Positions 124,790 to 140,760 are shown, numbered from the stretch's first letter. The stretch: 248,000 nt of DNA from Octopus vulgaris (GCA_951406725.2 OX597815.1:189740001-189988000); one strand, 5' to 3'. Notes: generated by a model from the letters alone, not told the origin. A program made the numbers and translations.

Positions 124790-125281
124790 TAACTAAATTT
124801 ACATCGATTTTATCTTTTAAAATTAGTTTACATGAAAGCCATATCAGATACAGTATGCTGTATGAATTCAAAATGTGATCTTCAGCAATCAAAGCAGAAA
124901 GAAATATTCATTCTGTCTATGAAAATGAAGCTTTGAGAGTCTGGACATACTAAAAATGGTTTGGTCAGTTTTGCTCAGGAAATTTTTCTCTTGCAGATTC
125001 CCATCGATCTGAATTACAAAGTTCAGCCAATATCGAGTTTCTGAAAACCTTATTTACTCTTTACACTTTCTTTACTCTTTTACATGTTTCAGTCATTTGA
125101 CTGCAACCATGCTGGAGCACCGCCTTTAGTCGAGCAAATCGACCCCGGGACTTATTCTTTGTAAGCCCAGTACTTTTTCTATCGGTCCCTTTTGCTGAAC
125201 CGCTAAGTGACGGGGATGTAAACACACCAGCATCGGTTGTCAAGCAATGCTAGGAGGACAAACACAGACACACAAACACAT

Positions 125282-125329
<48 letters not shown>

Positions 125330-126120
125330 CAGACTTCTTTCAGTTTCCGTCTACCAAATCCACTCACAAGGCATTGGTCGGCCCGTTGCTATAGCAGAAG
125401 ACACTTGCCCAAGATGCCACACAGTGGGACTGAACCCGGAACCATGTGGTTGGTTAGCAAGCTACTTACCACACAGCCACTCCTGTGCCTTTGATGAAAA
125501 TTCCAAGCAAGCTGGATGAGAATTAAGAAAACAATTCAGTTCAAGTCCCACTTTGATCATAAAGCACCTTCACGAATTAGAAAAAGTGTCTAAACTTGGT
125601 CAGATTGCTTCTCAGCTTAACCAAGGAGTTACTTTCTGCTTGTCATTGAAGATGGAACTGCAACAAAACCTCTTCAAGATAGAATCATCACAAATGATGG
125701 AAAGTTGGTTCCCTACAACCATATTCAATGAAAAACGATAATGGTTAGCAGCTAATGAGAAAAACAAATCAGAGCTAAGTTACATTCTTTGTCTGGTAGG
125801 ACATGAAGAGTGTTGGCTGCCATAGAGTTTTGAACCAAAATAGAACATTTAATACAAATACTGGAATCATTACACAAACTTTCGTAGAACAAGTGCAAAG
125901 TAATTCAGGAAATGATTACGACAGCAAATATGAATGTTTTGTCTCATTCTCCTTACTCGTCTGGTCTTGTTCCATCTGACTGTTATCATTTCAGATCATT
126001 GCAGCATTTTTTAGAAGGAAATTAGCTTATTAATTGTGAAAAGGTTGAAAATGGTGTGGAGTGCTTCTTTGCTTTGCAACTTGAAGAATTTTACAATTCG
126101 CCAAATAGATGGGATTATGT
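124790..126120 (+). mobile_element. Decayed mariner interrupted by a CORE-SINE (125055-125490)
   Basis: HIRYSMLYEFK before the SINE; HLHELEKVSKLGQ and HSPYSSGLVPSDCYHF after it. Confidence 0.7.
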
Positions 126121-126314
126121 TATCAATGTTATCAGGTACAGGAGTAGCTGTGGTGTGATAAGTAGCTTGCTTACCAACCACATGGTTCTGGGTTCAGTCC
126201 CACTGCATAGCATCTTGGGCAAGTGTCTTCTACTATAGCCTCAGGCTGACCAAAGCCTTGTGAGTGGATTTGGAAGACAGAAACTGAAAGAAGCATGTCG
126301 TATGTGTGTGTGTA

Positions 126315-126369
<55 letters not shown>

Positions 126370-129300
126370 CTGTGTATGCGTGCATGTGTATTCGTTTGTC
126401 TGTGTTTGTATGTTTATGTCCCCATCACTTAGCAGTTCAGCGAAAGAGACCAATAGAATAAGTTATAGGCTTACAATGAATAAGTCCTGGGGCTGGTATG
126501 TTCTGCTAAAGGTGGTGCTCCAGCATGGCTGCAGTCAAATGACTGAAACAAGTAGATAAGTAATAAAGAGGGGAAATATTATCTTGATTAGATATATTAC
126601 TTAAGACCAAAGGAATATTGTTTCTTTTCCACCTGGAAGTGCTACTGTCATTTCTTCCCAACCTCTCTTTCTCTTTTACTCTTTTACTAGTTTCAGTCAT
126701 TTGACTGCGACCATGCTGGAGCACCGCCTTTAGTCGAGCAAATCGACCCCAGGACTTATTCTTTGTAAGCCCATTACTTATTCTATCGGACTCTTTTGCC
126801 GAACCGCTAAGTGACGGGGACCTAAACACACCAGCATCGGTTGTCAAGCAATGCTAGGGTGACAAACACAGACGCACAAACATATGCACATACATATATA
126901 CGACAGGCTTCTTTCAGTTTCCGTCTACCAAATCCACTCACAAGGCATTGGTCAGCCCGAGGCTATAGCAGAAGACACTTGCCCAAGATGCCACACAGTG
127001 GGACTGAACCCAGAACCATGTGGCTGGTAAGCAAGCTACTTACCACACAACCACTCCTATGCCTAATTCTTAGAAATTTAAATTGTTGTTCATAAACCCA
127101 TCATCATTTAATTTCCACTTGCATTGGTCAGATTAAATTTGTTAAGGCATATTTTCTACAGCCTGATGCCCTAGAAATTTAATGAAAATACACTGTAGCT
127201 GTTATTTGATTTGGAGGTCAATGCAGCCAAAATAGAAATGGGAAATAATTGTTGTGGGATTATCAAAATTTATTTAAAGGATTCAAAGTTTGTAACAGCT
127301 AAAACAAACAGTTATGAGAACAATAGGAAGAAAGAAATTTGTGAAGAATTTTTGAAGGCAGTGAGCTGGCAGAAACGTTAGCATGCTGGGCGAAATGCTC
127401 ATCAGTATTTCGTCTGTCTTTAAGTTCTGAGTTCAAATTCCGCCGAGGTCGACTTTGCCTTTCATCCTTTCGGGGTCGATTAGATAAGTACCAGTGACAC
127501 ACTGGGGTTGATATAATCGACTTAATCTATTTGTCAGTCCTTGTTTGTCCCCTCTGTGTGTAGCCCCTTGTGGGCAGTAAAGAAATAAGGAATTTGTGAA
127601 GAATCTTTTGAGAATTAATACATATGAGAGTCAACAACTATCAAAACGGTTGCAAGATAACGAAAATTTTAGTAAAAATGAATAAGTAAATGAAAGGAAA
127701 TCAGACTGGTGAGTGTGTTAAATCAATAAGGCATTAAAAGAGAATGACTCACCCCAGACACAATAAAATATGCTTCAACACACGAATTCACATAAAGAAT
127801 CTTGTAAACCAAATACAAAAACAAAATATATATGTAATGCTTTTATACTAGTATTGCTTATATATTACCAGTGTTGTTTATATAATGAACTATGTACATC
127901 AGCAGCTCAGTTAAAAATTATATTTTACTAGCAGTATCGCCTGGCGTTGCTCGGGTTTGTAAGGGAAATAACTATATAAGCATTTTTAGAGAGTTATAGC
128001 CAAAAAATAGCAAAAAAATGCATTAAAAATGGAAAAAAAATTATGGTAATTTTTTTTTTAAATCGTTGACTCATCGTAGACATTTTTAGAGTTACTTCCC
128101 TTATATAATAGCGAGAAAAAATGCATTAAAATCATAGACTTATCGTAGACACGCGCTAATACCCAGAAGGGCTCGATATGAATCATGACTATAAGATACC
128201 CGGTTTTAGTTAAACTGCACCGCAAAATGTGTGAGTAGTTAGGAATCTAAATCATAGGAGACAGACACACAACTTCACTTTTATATATAAAGATGTGTTA
128301 GGAAAGCATAACTATATCATATATATATATATATATATATATACCCAGGCCTATTCCTCATTTTTTTTGTGATGAGTGGGTAACCACAGCAAGACACACA
128401 CCAGGCATTCCATTTATTCCTCAGCTCAAAGGAGCGAGCCCGGTTCTATGCTCAGGTCAAGGGTGTGGGTTCGACTACTGCACCAGTGGGGCATTGCATT
128501 CTTGAGCAGAGCACTTAATTTTACATTGCTCCAGTTTGCTCAGCTATAATAAATAGCATCCAGGAACTGAAACAGCCCTCACTCCCTCAATGCAACCCCC
128601 AATATGAGCAGCAGGGCCTGACAAACTATGCTAGTTTATCCCAGCAAATAAGTATATCATAAGAATTGAAATTTATAGGAATTTGCTTAATATTTATTAT
128701 TTTTTTTATAGGAAAGTAATAAATCATAATAAACCATAATAAATCATTGCTTAAAGAGTACTAACTGTTATACAATAAATTAACATCGTCCAAATACATG
128801 TTATTTTTATGTATAATTATAGAACTGAACATAAAGTCAAGACAGTTTTATGAATGCTATTGAGATTTGTTAAACACCTCTAAATGCTGATGTGAGGAAA
128901 TCACAGTATCTCCATTTAAATGTTTCAGTTGGCTATGGAGTTATTCTGGTGACCACAATACTTAGAATTGAATAGCTTCCAAGATCTTTTTAGCACTACT
129001 TTTATCAATACTAAAGAGAAGAATGGCCAAATCATGGCAGACAACGTTCTGACTCAGAACCACAAGGCATGGCAAACTAATAACGATATTTTATTTTTCT
129101 TTGCTGTACTATACACTGATTAAGTATAAAAGTATAAAAAAAAAATAAGAAAAATAAAATTGAAAGAAACGGAAAGAAAGAGAAATCTAGCTTAAGAGAT
129201 GTAGCAAAATTTGTGCCAAAAACGTAATTATTCCTAATTTGAAATGCAATGTAATGTTGAATTGTAAGAAATGTAATGTAACGTAGGATTTTTTTTTAAT

Positions 129301-130759
129301 AAACATATAATTTTAGCTCTGCTGAGAAATATAAACAAAGCAGTGTAAATTAAATAATTAATCATATTTGGCAATAATGAAATTTTTTTTTAAATGTTTA
129401 TTTTTTAAGCTATAGAATTTAACTGGATATGGCAACCAAATATTAGTGAACGCATACTATGGTATTGATGTTAAACTAAGGATAGCCTATGACCAAAAGA
129501 TTTCCAGTCATGAACCACCCCATTTCTTTTAACCCTTTAGTATTTAAACCGGCCATATCCGGCCAAAATAGCTAATCTGTTTTATGTTCAAAGTGACCAG
129601 ATCCAGGCCCTCACACCTACCCTACAATGTTATTCCACATTAAGTAATTACACCATCAAGATCTTGAAGATATGAGATAATGCATGATTAATTCAAATCA
129701 ATGGGAATCAATAAGCATTATGTTTGATAGAATAATCTGAACACTAAAGGGTTAAGCAATATGCATCCAGAACCAATGTGTCCTCTCCCTTCAAAGATGT
129801 CAGATTATGATATGAAGGAGAATACGTCGTTGTGTGTATGTTCGTGTGTGTGTGTGAGTGTGTGTGTTTGTTTGTGTTTGTTCCCAACCACCACTTGACA
129901 ACTGGTGTTGGTGTGTTTACGTCCCTGTAACTTAGCAGATCAGCAAAAGAAACCAATAGAATAAGTACCAGAGTTTAAAAAAAGTGCTGGGGTTGATTTA
130001 TTTGATTAAAATTCTTCAAGGAAGTGTCCCAGCATGGCAGCAGTTTAAACAAGTAAAAGTAAAATAAAGAGAAGATATACATATATAGAGGCGCAATGGC
130101 CTAGTGGTTAGGGCAGCGGACTCGCGGTCGCAGGATCGCGGTTTCGATTCTCAGATCGGGCGTTGTGTGTGTTTATTGAGCGAAAACACCTAAAAGCTCT
130201 ACGAGGCTCCGGCAGGGGGTGGTGATCCCTGCTGTACTCTTTCACCACAATGGCGGTGCCCCAGCATGGCCACAGCTCAAGAGCTGAAACTGGAAAAACA
130301 AAAACAAAATATAGCTTACTATACATGCTTGATTTTAGGTTTTCTATTTTCCTTGTAATGGGCCTGAGATTTTAGGTAAATACCCAGTTTGTACTTGGAA
130401 TGTGTGTGAAGGCGCATGGCTTAGTGGTTAGGGCATTTGGCTCACGATTGTAAGGTCGTGAGTTCGATTCCCGGCGACGCATCGTGTCCTTGAGCAAGAC
130501 ACTTTATTTCATGTTGCTACAGTCCACTCAGCTGGAGTTGTACCAATATTTCTACATTAGGGGTACACGTGTCTGTGGATTGCTCAGTCACTTGCACGTT
130601 AATTTCACAAGCAGGCTGTTCCATTGATCGTATCAGCTGGGACCCTCGTCGTCGTAACTGACAGAGTGCTCCTGCTTGGAATGTGTCCAGAAAAGAGATA
130701 TACTTAAAAGTTCGCAATTTTAATTTTCTTGCATGCAACAAAAAGAGAATGTTTCTTAC

Positions 130760-130831
130760 CTCCTGTTTCAGATATTGGTGGATATGCCCAGTATTTGTCA
130801 GGACGCTTACATGTTCTATTTAATGCCACTA
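130760..130831 (-). CDS. Candidate phase 1-1 exon (VALNRTCKRPDKYWAYPPISETG)
   Basis: Strong donor GAG/GTAAGA, weaker acceptor TATAACAG. Confidence 0.18.
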
Positions 130832-132103
130832 CTGTTATATAGCTTTAACAGCTTCCCTCAACGTGATTGTAGAGGGAAGCTGCTAAATCTTTCAGCTACC
130901 AGATGTAGTTTGACTCTGAAGTGGAGCTGTGCTTTCTACAGTCGATGAATGAATGTGGTTATTATGTGTATTGGTTCGTGAATACATTTTCAGTGAACCT
131001 GAAAGCACTTCTTGGCTGAAAACAATTAAATATATTTCTACAGCTAAATTCATGCTAAGGTGATTGTGCAGTGTTTCTGGAAACGTCCTTGGGCTGAAAT
131101 TTGTGACTTTGTGTTGCCTGAATAATTACAGAAGATCTCAACAGAATGCTTATCAAATATTTTTGTGGTATCTACGAGAAGTGGGGAAGTGTGTACGTAT
131201 AAGGATTAGGAAGCATTTTGCGTTATTTGTGAAGACGTTTATACTGTATAGTCTAAAACGTTATTTTCCTGTTTCCGTGTTTAGTTAATCTTAATGCTGT
131301 GTTTACATATGACTAGTCTTGCCATTAGAAATCATTTCAGAATGATCAATACCCTTTTACTTGTTTCAGTCATTTGACTGTGGCCATGGTGGAGCACCAC
131401 CTTAAGTCGAGCAAATCGACCCCAGAACTTATTCTTTGTAAGCCTAGTACTTATTCTAGCGGTTTCTTTTGCCAAACCGCTAAGTAACGGGGGTGTAAAC
131501 ACACCAGCATCGGTTGTCAAGCGATGTTGGGTTGGGGGACAAACACACACACACAAACATATACACACATACATACATATATATATACATATATACGACG
131601 GGATTCTTTCAGTTTCCATCTGCCAAATCCACTCACAAGGCTTTGGTCGGCCCGAGGCTATAGTAGAAGACACTTCTCCAAAGTGCCACACAGTGGGACT
131701 GAACCCGGAACAATGTGGTTCATAAGCAAGCTATTTACCATACAACCACTCCTACCCCTATGTAGAAATTAATAAGGAATGGTTTACGATTTTAGCTAAA
131801 TAAGTTACACATTACTGTTTCTATTGAGTACTTTTCTCCTGCTTGTTGCCACCAAACAGCAACAAAAGTCTGTGCCTGCTTCATGTCGGATGAGCTTTGT
131901 AATTGATCAGAGAATGTTAGCTGAATAATGGAAAAGCACACAATTAAGTACTAGCAGAAAAGAATTGGTATACTACCAATAAAACTATACACAAGCATCT
132001 GAATCTGAAAGAATGTTCAGAAGAACGAAATTGATGCCAGTCTCCTTCAACAAAGTTATTTCCATCTCCTCTCCTCTATGCATGTCTTTGGTTTCAGACC
132101 TAT

Positions 132104-132135
<32 letters not shown>

Positions 132136-132651
132136 ATCAGTTGGTTAGCATGTTGCCAATTGTGGTTATTAGCTCAGTAACCTCCAGCATGTAATTGGCT
132201 TGTAGTGTACACTACGGTAATACTAGTCAATTAATATTCCCGTTTTATCACCCAACCACAAGATTTTAATGAGATCCGGTATTCTGTAACTACAATGTCT
132301 GTAGCAGCATTAGTTACACACAACTTTCGTTGAACAAATATAATAAATTAAGATGAATAGACAATGACAGTTCAATGCATGCTACAAATGTTTCTATAGC
132401 ATGGTGATTTATTTGCAATTGGTGTCTTAGAAAAGTAGCGGACCAAAATTATTAGCCACCTCTGAACCACTGATAGAAAAAAAGTTGCTATTTTTTATTG
132501 ATGGTTCAGGATACCTGATGAAATGGTGGATAATTCTGACTTTCACAATATACCAATTGCAAATAGATTACTATAAGTTTGGAACATTTGTAGCATTCAT
132601 TGAAATGTGATTGTTCATTCATCTTCAGTTAGTGTATATGCACATGTGTGT

Positions 132652-132690
<39 letters not shown>

Positions 132691-133049
132691 TATGTATGTA
132701 CATATGTATAGTAACAGAAAGGGAGGAATTTCGATTATCCCCATGTGGTGAGTTGTAATATGTATATGAAATTAAAGAAGGAAAATGCACACTTTACATA
132801 GTTTTAATATAATTTTTAATACATCATATATTGTGTTTGTTGACCGGTTTCACTTTCTCTAATCCTGACTTTAAAATATATTTAAATGTGTATCTTCTTA
132901 AGAAAAAACTTTTTGTCCATGTCTGAGGAGTTTATGAATGAATCATTCAACAAGTAGAAAAATTTAAATGCAGTTAAATTAGATATTTCCATTCTAAATT
133001 GTTGAAGTTTGAATTAATTTTTCGCTTATGGAAAGTATTTGGGAAATTC

Positions 133050-134150
133050 TGGATATGGTCACAGAAGTCATCTAGTGTTTTATTCCTACATTTAGGTGGA
133101 AGATTATTGCTTCTGTCTTTAACCAGTGATTCATCCTCGTTGTTGTAGTCAGTTAGTGCTTCTGTGAGTCATAGTTTTCTGCAGAATTCTGAAATATTGT
133201 TTTTAAATTCATTATGGTTAACTCTTCGTGGGGTTGGAATGAACTTTAATCCTTTAACTAGTATATTGATCTTTGTTGCAGAGAGATTTTTCTTTGATAA
133301 ATTTGTTACTTTGGGTTTCTCCGAGGAGTTTTGTTCCAACATGTGTCCCTGTTTCTCTCCACTCGGTCTAAAAAAATTTACTGTAATTTGGTTGGTAGAA
133401 GTTAGTATTATTTATATCATTAATTATATCAGTATTGTTATTGTTATTATTATATTGGGATTACTGGGAGGTTGGTATTGCTGTCTAGGTTAACTGGTTT
133501 TACTTACGTGGTTCAGGTTTCTTCGTTGGAATAAATTGTTGAGGTGCTTAATTATGTTTAGGATGTTGAGGAGTTGGTTGTGCTGTCTGGGTAAATAGGT
133601 TGAGTTTCTTTGTTGAGAGGTAGAGGAAGTTTCTTGGACGTTTCTAGTTGCTGGGGAGTAAAATTTACTCCTAACCCTAGGTTGGTTTTTTCTAGAATGT
133701 CTTATTAGTGAGTTGTCCCTATTACTAGATTGAGAATGGGTTATTTCCAGGTGAGAAGTCAGTTTTGTGTGTTTGTGTTCTTTTGGATGTTTATAGTTAG
133801 ATCTCAGTGGACGTGTATTTATGTCTGTAGATGTACGTGTTCTAGATTTTTTTAGGAAGGGGTTATATGAAGTGTAGTCTCTTTTAAATTGAGTTTCGTA
133901 ACTAAGGAAGAAATTAAAACTGCTTTCCCATCGTTGCAGGGAATATATTTCTTCCGACTCACAGCTGTCTTTCCATAGTTTTATAACACTTTCCAAAAGT
134001 TGTTCATCAGCATGTTTAGTGAGTCTAGTAAGCATTTCTTCAGCGGTCGTTTCATATTTTTGTTCGTTATTCGATGCCCTGAGTTTAAGTAACTCAATCT
134101 CTATTTTCATTTTAATGTCATGATTGATGAAAGTGAAACCGGTCGACAAA
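133050..134150 (-). pseudogene. Penelope-like N-terminal ORF region
   Basis: 219-aa open frame, then VTNLSKKNLS...ILVKGLKFIPTP...FCRKL in an adjacent frame. Confidence 0.75.
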
Positions 134151-134416
134151 CAATATAAGATATATTAAAAATTATATTAAAACTATGTAAAGTGTGTACA
134201 TTTTCCTTCTTTAAATCCTTATCTATATAAATTGGAGCAATCTCGGGTATAACCAGCTGAAATTGATTGCAAAGATAATCTGACGCTCGACTGAGGATAG
134301 AAAACTCCGAATGATCCGTCCTTGTTTTCCTTGTATCATCTGTCTGGATATTTTGTTGTCCCTTTCTTGTTTCACCTAATAGTCTGGATGTTTTACGTTC
134401 TTGTCCCATTTTTGTG

Positions 134417-134475
<59 letters not shown>

Positions 134476-134492
134476 TAGAGAGAGAGAGAGAG

Positions 134493-134551
<59 letters not shown>

Positions 134552-134838
134552 TAGATATAGATATATATGGATGTACGTATGTGTGTGTGTATATATACAT
134601 ACATACATACATACACACAGTAATCCCTCGACTATCGAGAGTGTTACGTTTCAAAGCCCCCATAGTAGGTAAAAATCCACGAAGTAGTGCACTGTATATT
134701 TTTTAAATTATTTTTATAATTTGTATATATTTATTTTATTATGGAAGCAAAACAACCCCACGGAGGATTCAACGTAAGCTTAAATAATAAGCTACGATAT
134801 GTGAGTCGTGATAGGTGAACCGCGATATGGCAAGGAAT

Positions 134839-134901
<63 letters not shown>

Positions 134902-135190
134902 GGAGTAAACACATAAATGTGAAACAAGGTGGAAAAAAAGAGTACTCAAATACCAGTGGTAGAGTAATATGCTTTATTTAAAGCAGCAGAAAATTCAACA
135001 AAACCTGTTACTCTGAGTTTCCCGTTGCCGTTCATCGGACAGTTTTTGCTAGAATGGAACCGATATGTCAATTCTATCCAGACTGGATAGAATAGACTTA
135101 TCGGTTCCATTCTAGCAAAAACTGTCCGATGAACGGCAACGGGAAACTCAGCTTAACAGATTTTGTTGAATTTTCTGCTGCTTTAAATAA

Positions 135191-135225
<35 letters not shown>

Positions 135226-135426
135226 ATGTATGTATGTATGTATGTATGTATGTATGTATGTATGTATGTATGTATGTATGTATGTATGTATGTGTGTGTT
135301 TGCGTGCGTATACACACACAGACACACACGGACATATACATAGATACATTTATAACAATCAAGGTTGAGAGATAATTCCAGGTAGATATAAAATAAGTCT
135401 CAGATGTCTCAGATGTCTCAGAAGTC

Positions 135427-135528
135427 TCCCTGATGAAGCTGTTTTACTAAATAGATTGTATTGATTAACTATTTAATTATCTAATTATATAATTAGCTCT
135501 TGGTAAATCAGCTGAAACCTGTGTCGGA
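135427..135528 (+). ncRNA. Hammerhead motif with about 70-nt stem-II loop
   Basis: TCC-CTGATGA-AGCTG...CAGCT-GAAAC-CTGT-GTC-GGA. Confidence 0.55.
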
Positions 135529-135640
135529 TGTTTTATTTATTTGCTTATTAATGTCTATATTTTATGGATTTTATAGATATAAGAATAAATGAATAACTAA
135601 TTAATACACCAGTTTCCATTGTTAACTTTGTTTTATAAAT

Positions 135641-135673
<33 letters not shown>

Positions 135674-135731
135674 CATTTACGTATATATATGTATATATAT
135701 ATATGTATGTGTATATATATATGTGTGTATG

Positions 135732-135804
<73 letters not shown>

Positions 135805-136000
135805 CGGGAAGGTTTACGAAAATAATCAAAAGGCGAAGGCAGGAGGAGTACAAACAAACAATGTATTAGTATGGCTCTCAGGAATAGAAATAAAACAAGT
135901 CTTTTACGTTTCGAGCCTACGCTCTTCGACAGAAAGATACACAGAAAAGAAACAAGGAGAGAAAAAAATTGCGTGTAGGGGCTAACGATCCAACATGGCG

Positions 136001-136069
<69 letters not shown>

Positions 136070-139059
136070 GAAATTTTACCACTATGTGGAAACCCTTATG
136101 CTAGAAGAAGATCCGCTATGGTCTTAACCACTAAGAATTGTTCTCTAGAAAATTTAGCAAACACCAGAACCGTAAGCGAGCAAGACAAATGAAAAGTAAC
136201 AAAAATATAGATTATTCATAAACACATGTTTCACTATCAACAAATTACGTAATTTTACTTACATAGTGTATACATATGGTAGAGTAACCATGCTTCAAGC
136301 TCACCAAAAAGAATTATAGCTGTGCATCCAACCTGAACTCCAGCATTTTATGCTACATTATAATAAAAAAAACCAACTAATCAACCATATAACTTCCACC
136401 TTCAGTCTCTGCTGTTGGGTTTTTTATAAACTCTAGATTTTTCGCTCTAACTTGTAAGTAGTTCTACTACCCGTTGCTAGACATTCCACCCCCTTTCACA
136501 AATTGGATTAAAATGTTATCTCTGATTAGTAAAATCTTCTCTAACTTTGTTGCAAGTATGTATTTGCTCTCTTGCGAATGTTTTTTTACCATTTGCAGTT
136601 GCCATTCTAATGCTTCAAAAAAAAAAAAAAAAAAAAAAGGAAAAGAAAGAAAAAGAAAACAAAGTTTATGCCATGTAGACCAAATTTGAATTAAAAAAAC
136701 TGTTTAGCTAATTAATGAAGAATCATTAAGTTTAGTATAAACTCGAAAATCTATTTGAAAGGAGGCACCATAACTGAAAATTTTAAAAGCATAATCTGTT
136801 GTGTCTGAGGGAAGTCATTTTCTTTTTATGCCTTATAATTTAACACACTCACCGGTAAAATTTCCACTTGTTTCATATTTTTATTTTCCTAAAATTTTCG
136901 TTGCGTCTTGCAACCTTTTCAATAGTCTTAGCCTATTGAAAAAGTTGCAAAACACAACGAAAATTTTACCGGTGAGTGTGTTAAATTATAAGGCACAAAA
137001 AGAAAATGACTCTCCCCAGACACAACAGACTATGTATGGTTTTTAAAATTTCAAATATGGCACCTCCTTTCAAATAGATTTTCGAGTTTATACAAAACTT
137101 AATGATTCTTCATTAATTAGCTAAACAGTTTTTAAATTCAAATTTGGTCTACATCCTATAAACTTTGTTTTCTTTATCTTTTTTTTTTTCGAAGCACCAG
137201 ACAGAACAGAATATGCTTCAACACACGAACTCATATAAAGAATTTTGCAAACCAAATCCAAAAACGAAATATAAAAACCATAGAATTTCCATTTACTATC
137301 GGTAAACTATATTTTCTTCCGTCAGCATTACAGTCGCAATTGAAAATAAAATTTCCTACATGTAACATGTATTAGTTCTGAGAGTGTGTATCCTGTTTTC
137401 TTCTCTTCTCATCTCTTTAATAGCTTGAAAGGACGCTGCATATTGTTGCCATTGTTTCAGGTGTACATCTTTCAACTGAATTATTTGCTGCTCGTGCATT
137501 ATAAGCTTTTCACGGAATCAACAACATATAATTGAGCAAACTACCTTTGATAACAGAACCATCAGCTAGAAGCAATATGGGTCTCTTGCAGGTGAATGTA
137601 CTATGTGCGCTCTCATCGATGTAAAGGACAATATAAGAGTTATACAACCTCATATTTTGTTTGAAATCATTATAAAAGGATTATTGGAATCTGACATTCA
137701 GCTTCGCATCATTCAAAAGGAAGGAAGCAGTTTTCCCTTATGGCATTGTTATTGAAGTATCCGTCACTAGGTTGTTCAAATATGAAACGTTTGGCCATGT
137801 GAAGCTGACATAGGATATTCATATCTCCACAGTAAAGTAGTTAAATGTTTTGTTTATTTGCATGTTGAACTGGATACTCTTTCGACAACATGTTTTCGAT
137901 TTTGACCAGTTTTCACTCCTTTATCGTTAGGCTCTCTTCTATTATTGTTGCATTAATTCTTGTCCTCCAGATTTCGTTCCCTTCGCATCCTGGGCCACAT
138001 GGCATTTCTTCTAGTATTTCCCCATTCATCATTTTCCATTTGATTTACTTTATCTCTGGATTGAGCATTTCTCATAATTTCCTGCTAATTCTTCATTTAA
138101 CCAATGCCCTCGAGCTGTTTTTCGTATAACTTCTATTTCTTTTTGACTTAAAGTGGATTTTCTTCACAGTCTTTCTCTATCTAATCTACGTGCGTGTTCG
138201 TACGTGGTGATTCCACATTTATCAGCTGGAACATTTCATAATAATATGTCAGCAATAAAGATAATATTATATATGCACACACGATATTAAAGTGTCCGAA
138301 AGATCGAACGAATTTGTTGCAACTGTGAAACGTTTTGCAAAGTAAATATGTCAAACTGTTAAAACAAACACCTCGTGCACCATTAGTGCAAAAGATTTCA
138401 AAATCCCTTTGCGTTCTTTCCTGCAAGAAGCTGTTGTTGTGAGGAATTTGCATACATATGTACATGCGTGCACACATACATGTATGCCCCTACCCCTCTC
138501 TCCTCCTTCCACGTGACTGATGTCCAGCCAGCTATGATCATTCTTTCTTGGCCTAAATGCCGACCGCCAACACTTCTTATGTACATCTCCTATGTCCCTG
138601 CCTTTAGGCTTTCACTGCCTTTAGGCTCAATTTGATTCATTCTCAGTCGAAAGACACCTGTTGTTATATTATTGTTGTTTGTATTTGTCATTGTGTACCA
138701 TGTTCTCCGTGTTTTGTCTTTGTTGCTGCATACATCTGCTAGATTTCTTACAAAGAATTCTAATGTTCTTAGCTTAGACTTTTTGGGGAGTAACCAGATC
138801 GAACTGTCTCAAGTGTAACTGCCCGAAACAGTAAGGACTGCTGGTAACTTGACTGAAGAAAGAAGGCCACGAATAGCCTGCCTTTTTTTGCCTGTCCTTC
138901 TAATTGTTGCTTCGCCTGTCCGCCTTTGTATCGTCTATCTGTCCGAATGTTTTATTGTCCTCTATTGCGTTTTTGCTACATTTTTTTATACGTACTTACA
139001 TACATACTTGCATAAGTACTAACATGTATGTGCGTGAGTTTGAGGTAAATGACAGTGTG

Positions 139060-139091
<32 letters not shown>

Positions 139092-140713
139092 TTGATATCT
139101 CTCTCTGTATAAACGGCAGTTTGTCTGTGTGTCTGTCAGGTTGTACCCTCACCCTGACCACGGCTTTCAACCGATTCTGATGAAACTTGACACACACATA
139201 GCGCAATGTCATAATTCAAAACTAACGCAGCGAAAATTTTGAAAAGTTCCCCCAGTTCTGAAAAAAATCGATAAATTCGACATGGGGTCGAGAATGAGAA
139301 ACACAAACCACAGACCGTCTAGGGGACGCAACTCGACCTTTTTAACTCTCAAAAAAAAAATTTACCATCATTTTTTCCCATTTTTTTGCTATATTTTGGC
139401 TATAACTATCTAAAAATGCTTTATAGTTATTTCCCTTACAAACCCGAGCAACGCCGGGCGATACTGCTAGTCTGAATTAAAATTTGATCGTGTTCATTCT
139501 GAAAACACTTATACAACATAATATACTGTATTAGAATGAAAATGACGATAAAATGGGTGTAAAATATAGAAAAAAATGTCGAAACAAAAGCGACGGAATT
139601 ATAAATTTCATTATGTCTCTTTTCTGTCCAAACAACGAATATTGAGATACACTAAACTGCATTTCCGTTTCGTTTTCTTTCTCGCTTGTTTTTACTTTAT
139701 ATTAATTTTACGTTCAACTATGATACTTCCTTTGACTATTCTGAGGTAGAATGCAGCTGTAGTAGCACCCTAAATTCATACACACACACACAAACACACA
139801 CGCACGAACGTATGCACGCACGCATGCACGCACACACGCACGCACTTATGTATGCATGTATGTATGTATGTATGTATGTATGTATGTATGTATGTATGTA
139901 TGTATCTATGTATGTATGTATGTATCTATGTATGTATGTATGTATGTATCACCTAAATTTATACACACACACGCACGAACGTATGCACGCACGCATTCAC
140001 GCACACACGCACGCACTTATATATATCTGTATGCATGCATGCATGCATGTATGCATGTATGTATGTATGTATGTATGTATGTATGTTTGTATGCATGTTT
140101 GTATGTATGTATGTATGTATGTATGTATGTATGTATGTATGTATGTATGTATGTATGTATGTATGTATGTATGTATGTATGTATGTATGTATGTAGCACC
140201 TACATTCATTCACAGACACGTTTGTATGTATGTACGTGTGTGTATGTGTGTATTGATATATGGTAACGGTAGACAATGACTTCGACGTTTCGGATTACTC
140301 GCCATTATTAGACTTGTGGTTCACTTTGGGTTTTTCTGTCTTCATATACATTTTGGCGAATTGCTCCTATGGTAGATGGGATAATGTGGATGAGAGTTAG
140401 GTATAATGAAGGTGGGAGGGGAATGTGCTTTTGTAAGAAGAGGGGGAATAGAAAAGGGTAGGAGGAACATATATGTTTGTAGTATCTCTCTTTTACTCTT
140501 TTACTTGTTTCAGTCATCTGACTGTGGCCATGCTGGAGCATCACCTTTTAGTCGAGCAAATCGACCCCACGACTTATTCTTTGTAAGCCTAGTACTTATT
140601 CTATTGGTCTTTTTGGCCGAACCGCTAAGTTACGGGGACGTAAACACACCAGCATCGGTTGTCAAGCGATGTTGGGGGGACAAACACAGACACACAAACA
140701 TATACACACGCAC

Positions 140714-140760
<47 letters not shown>

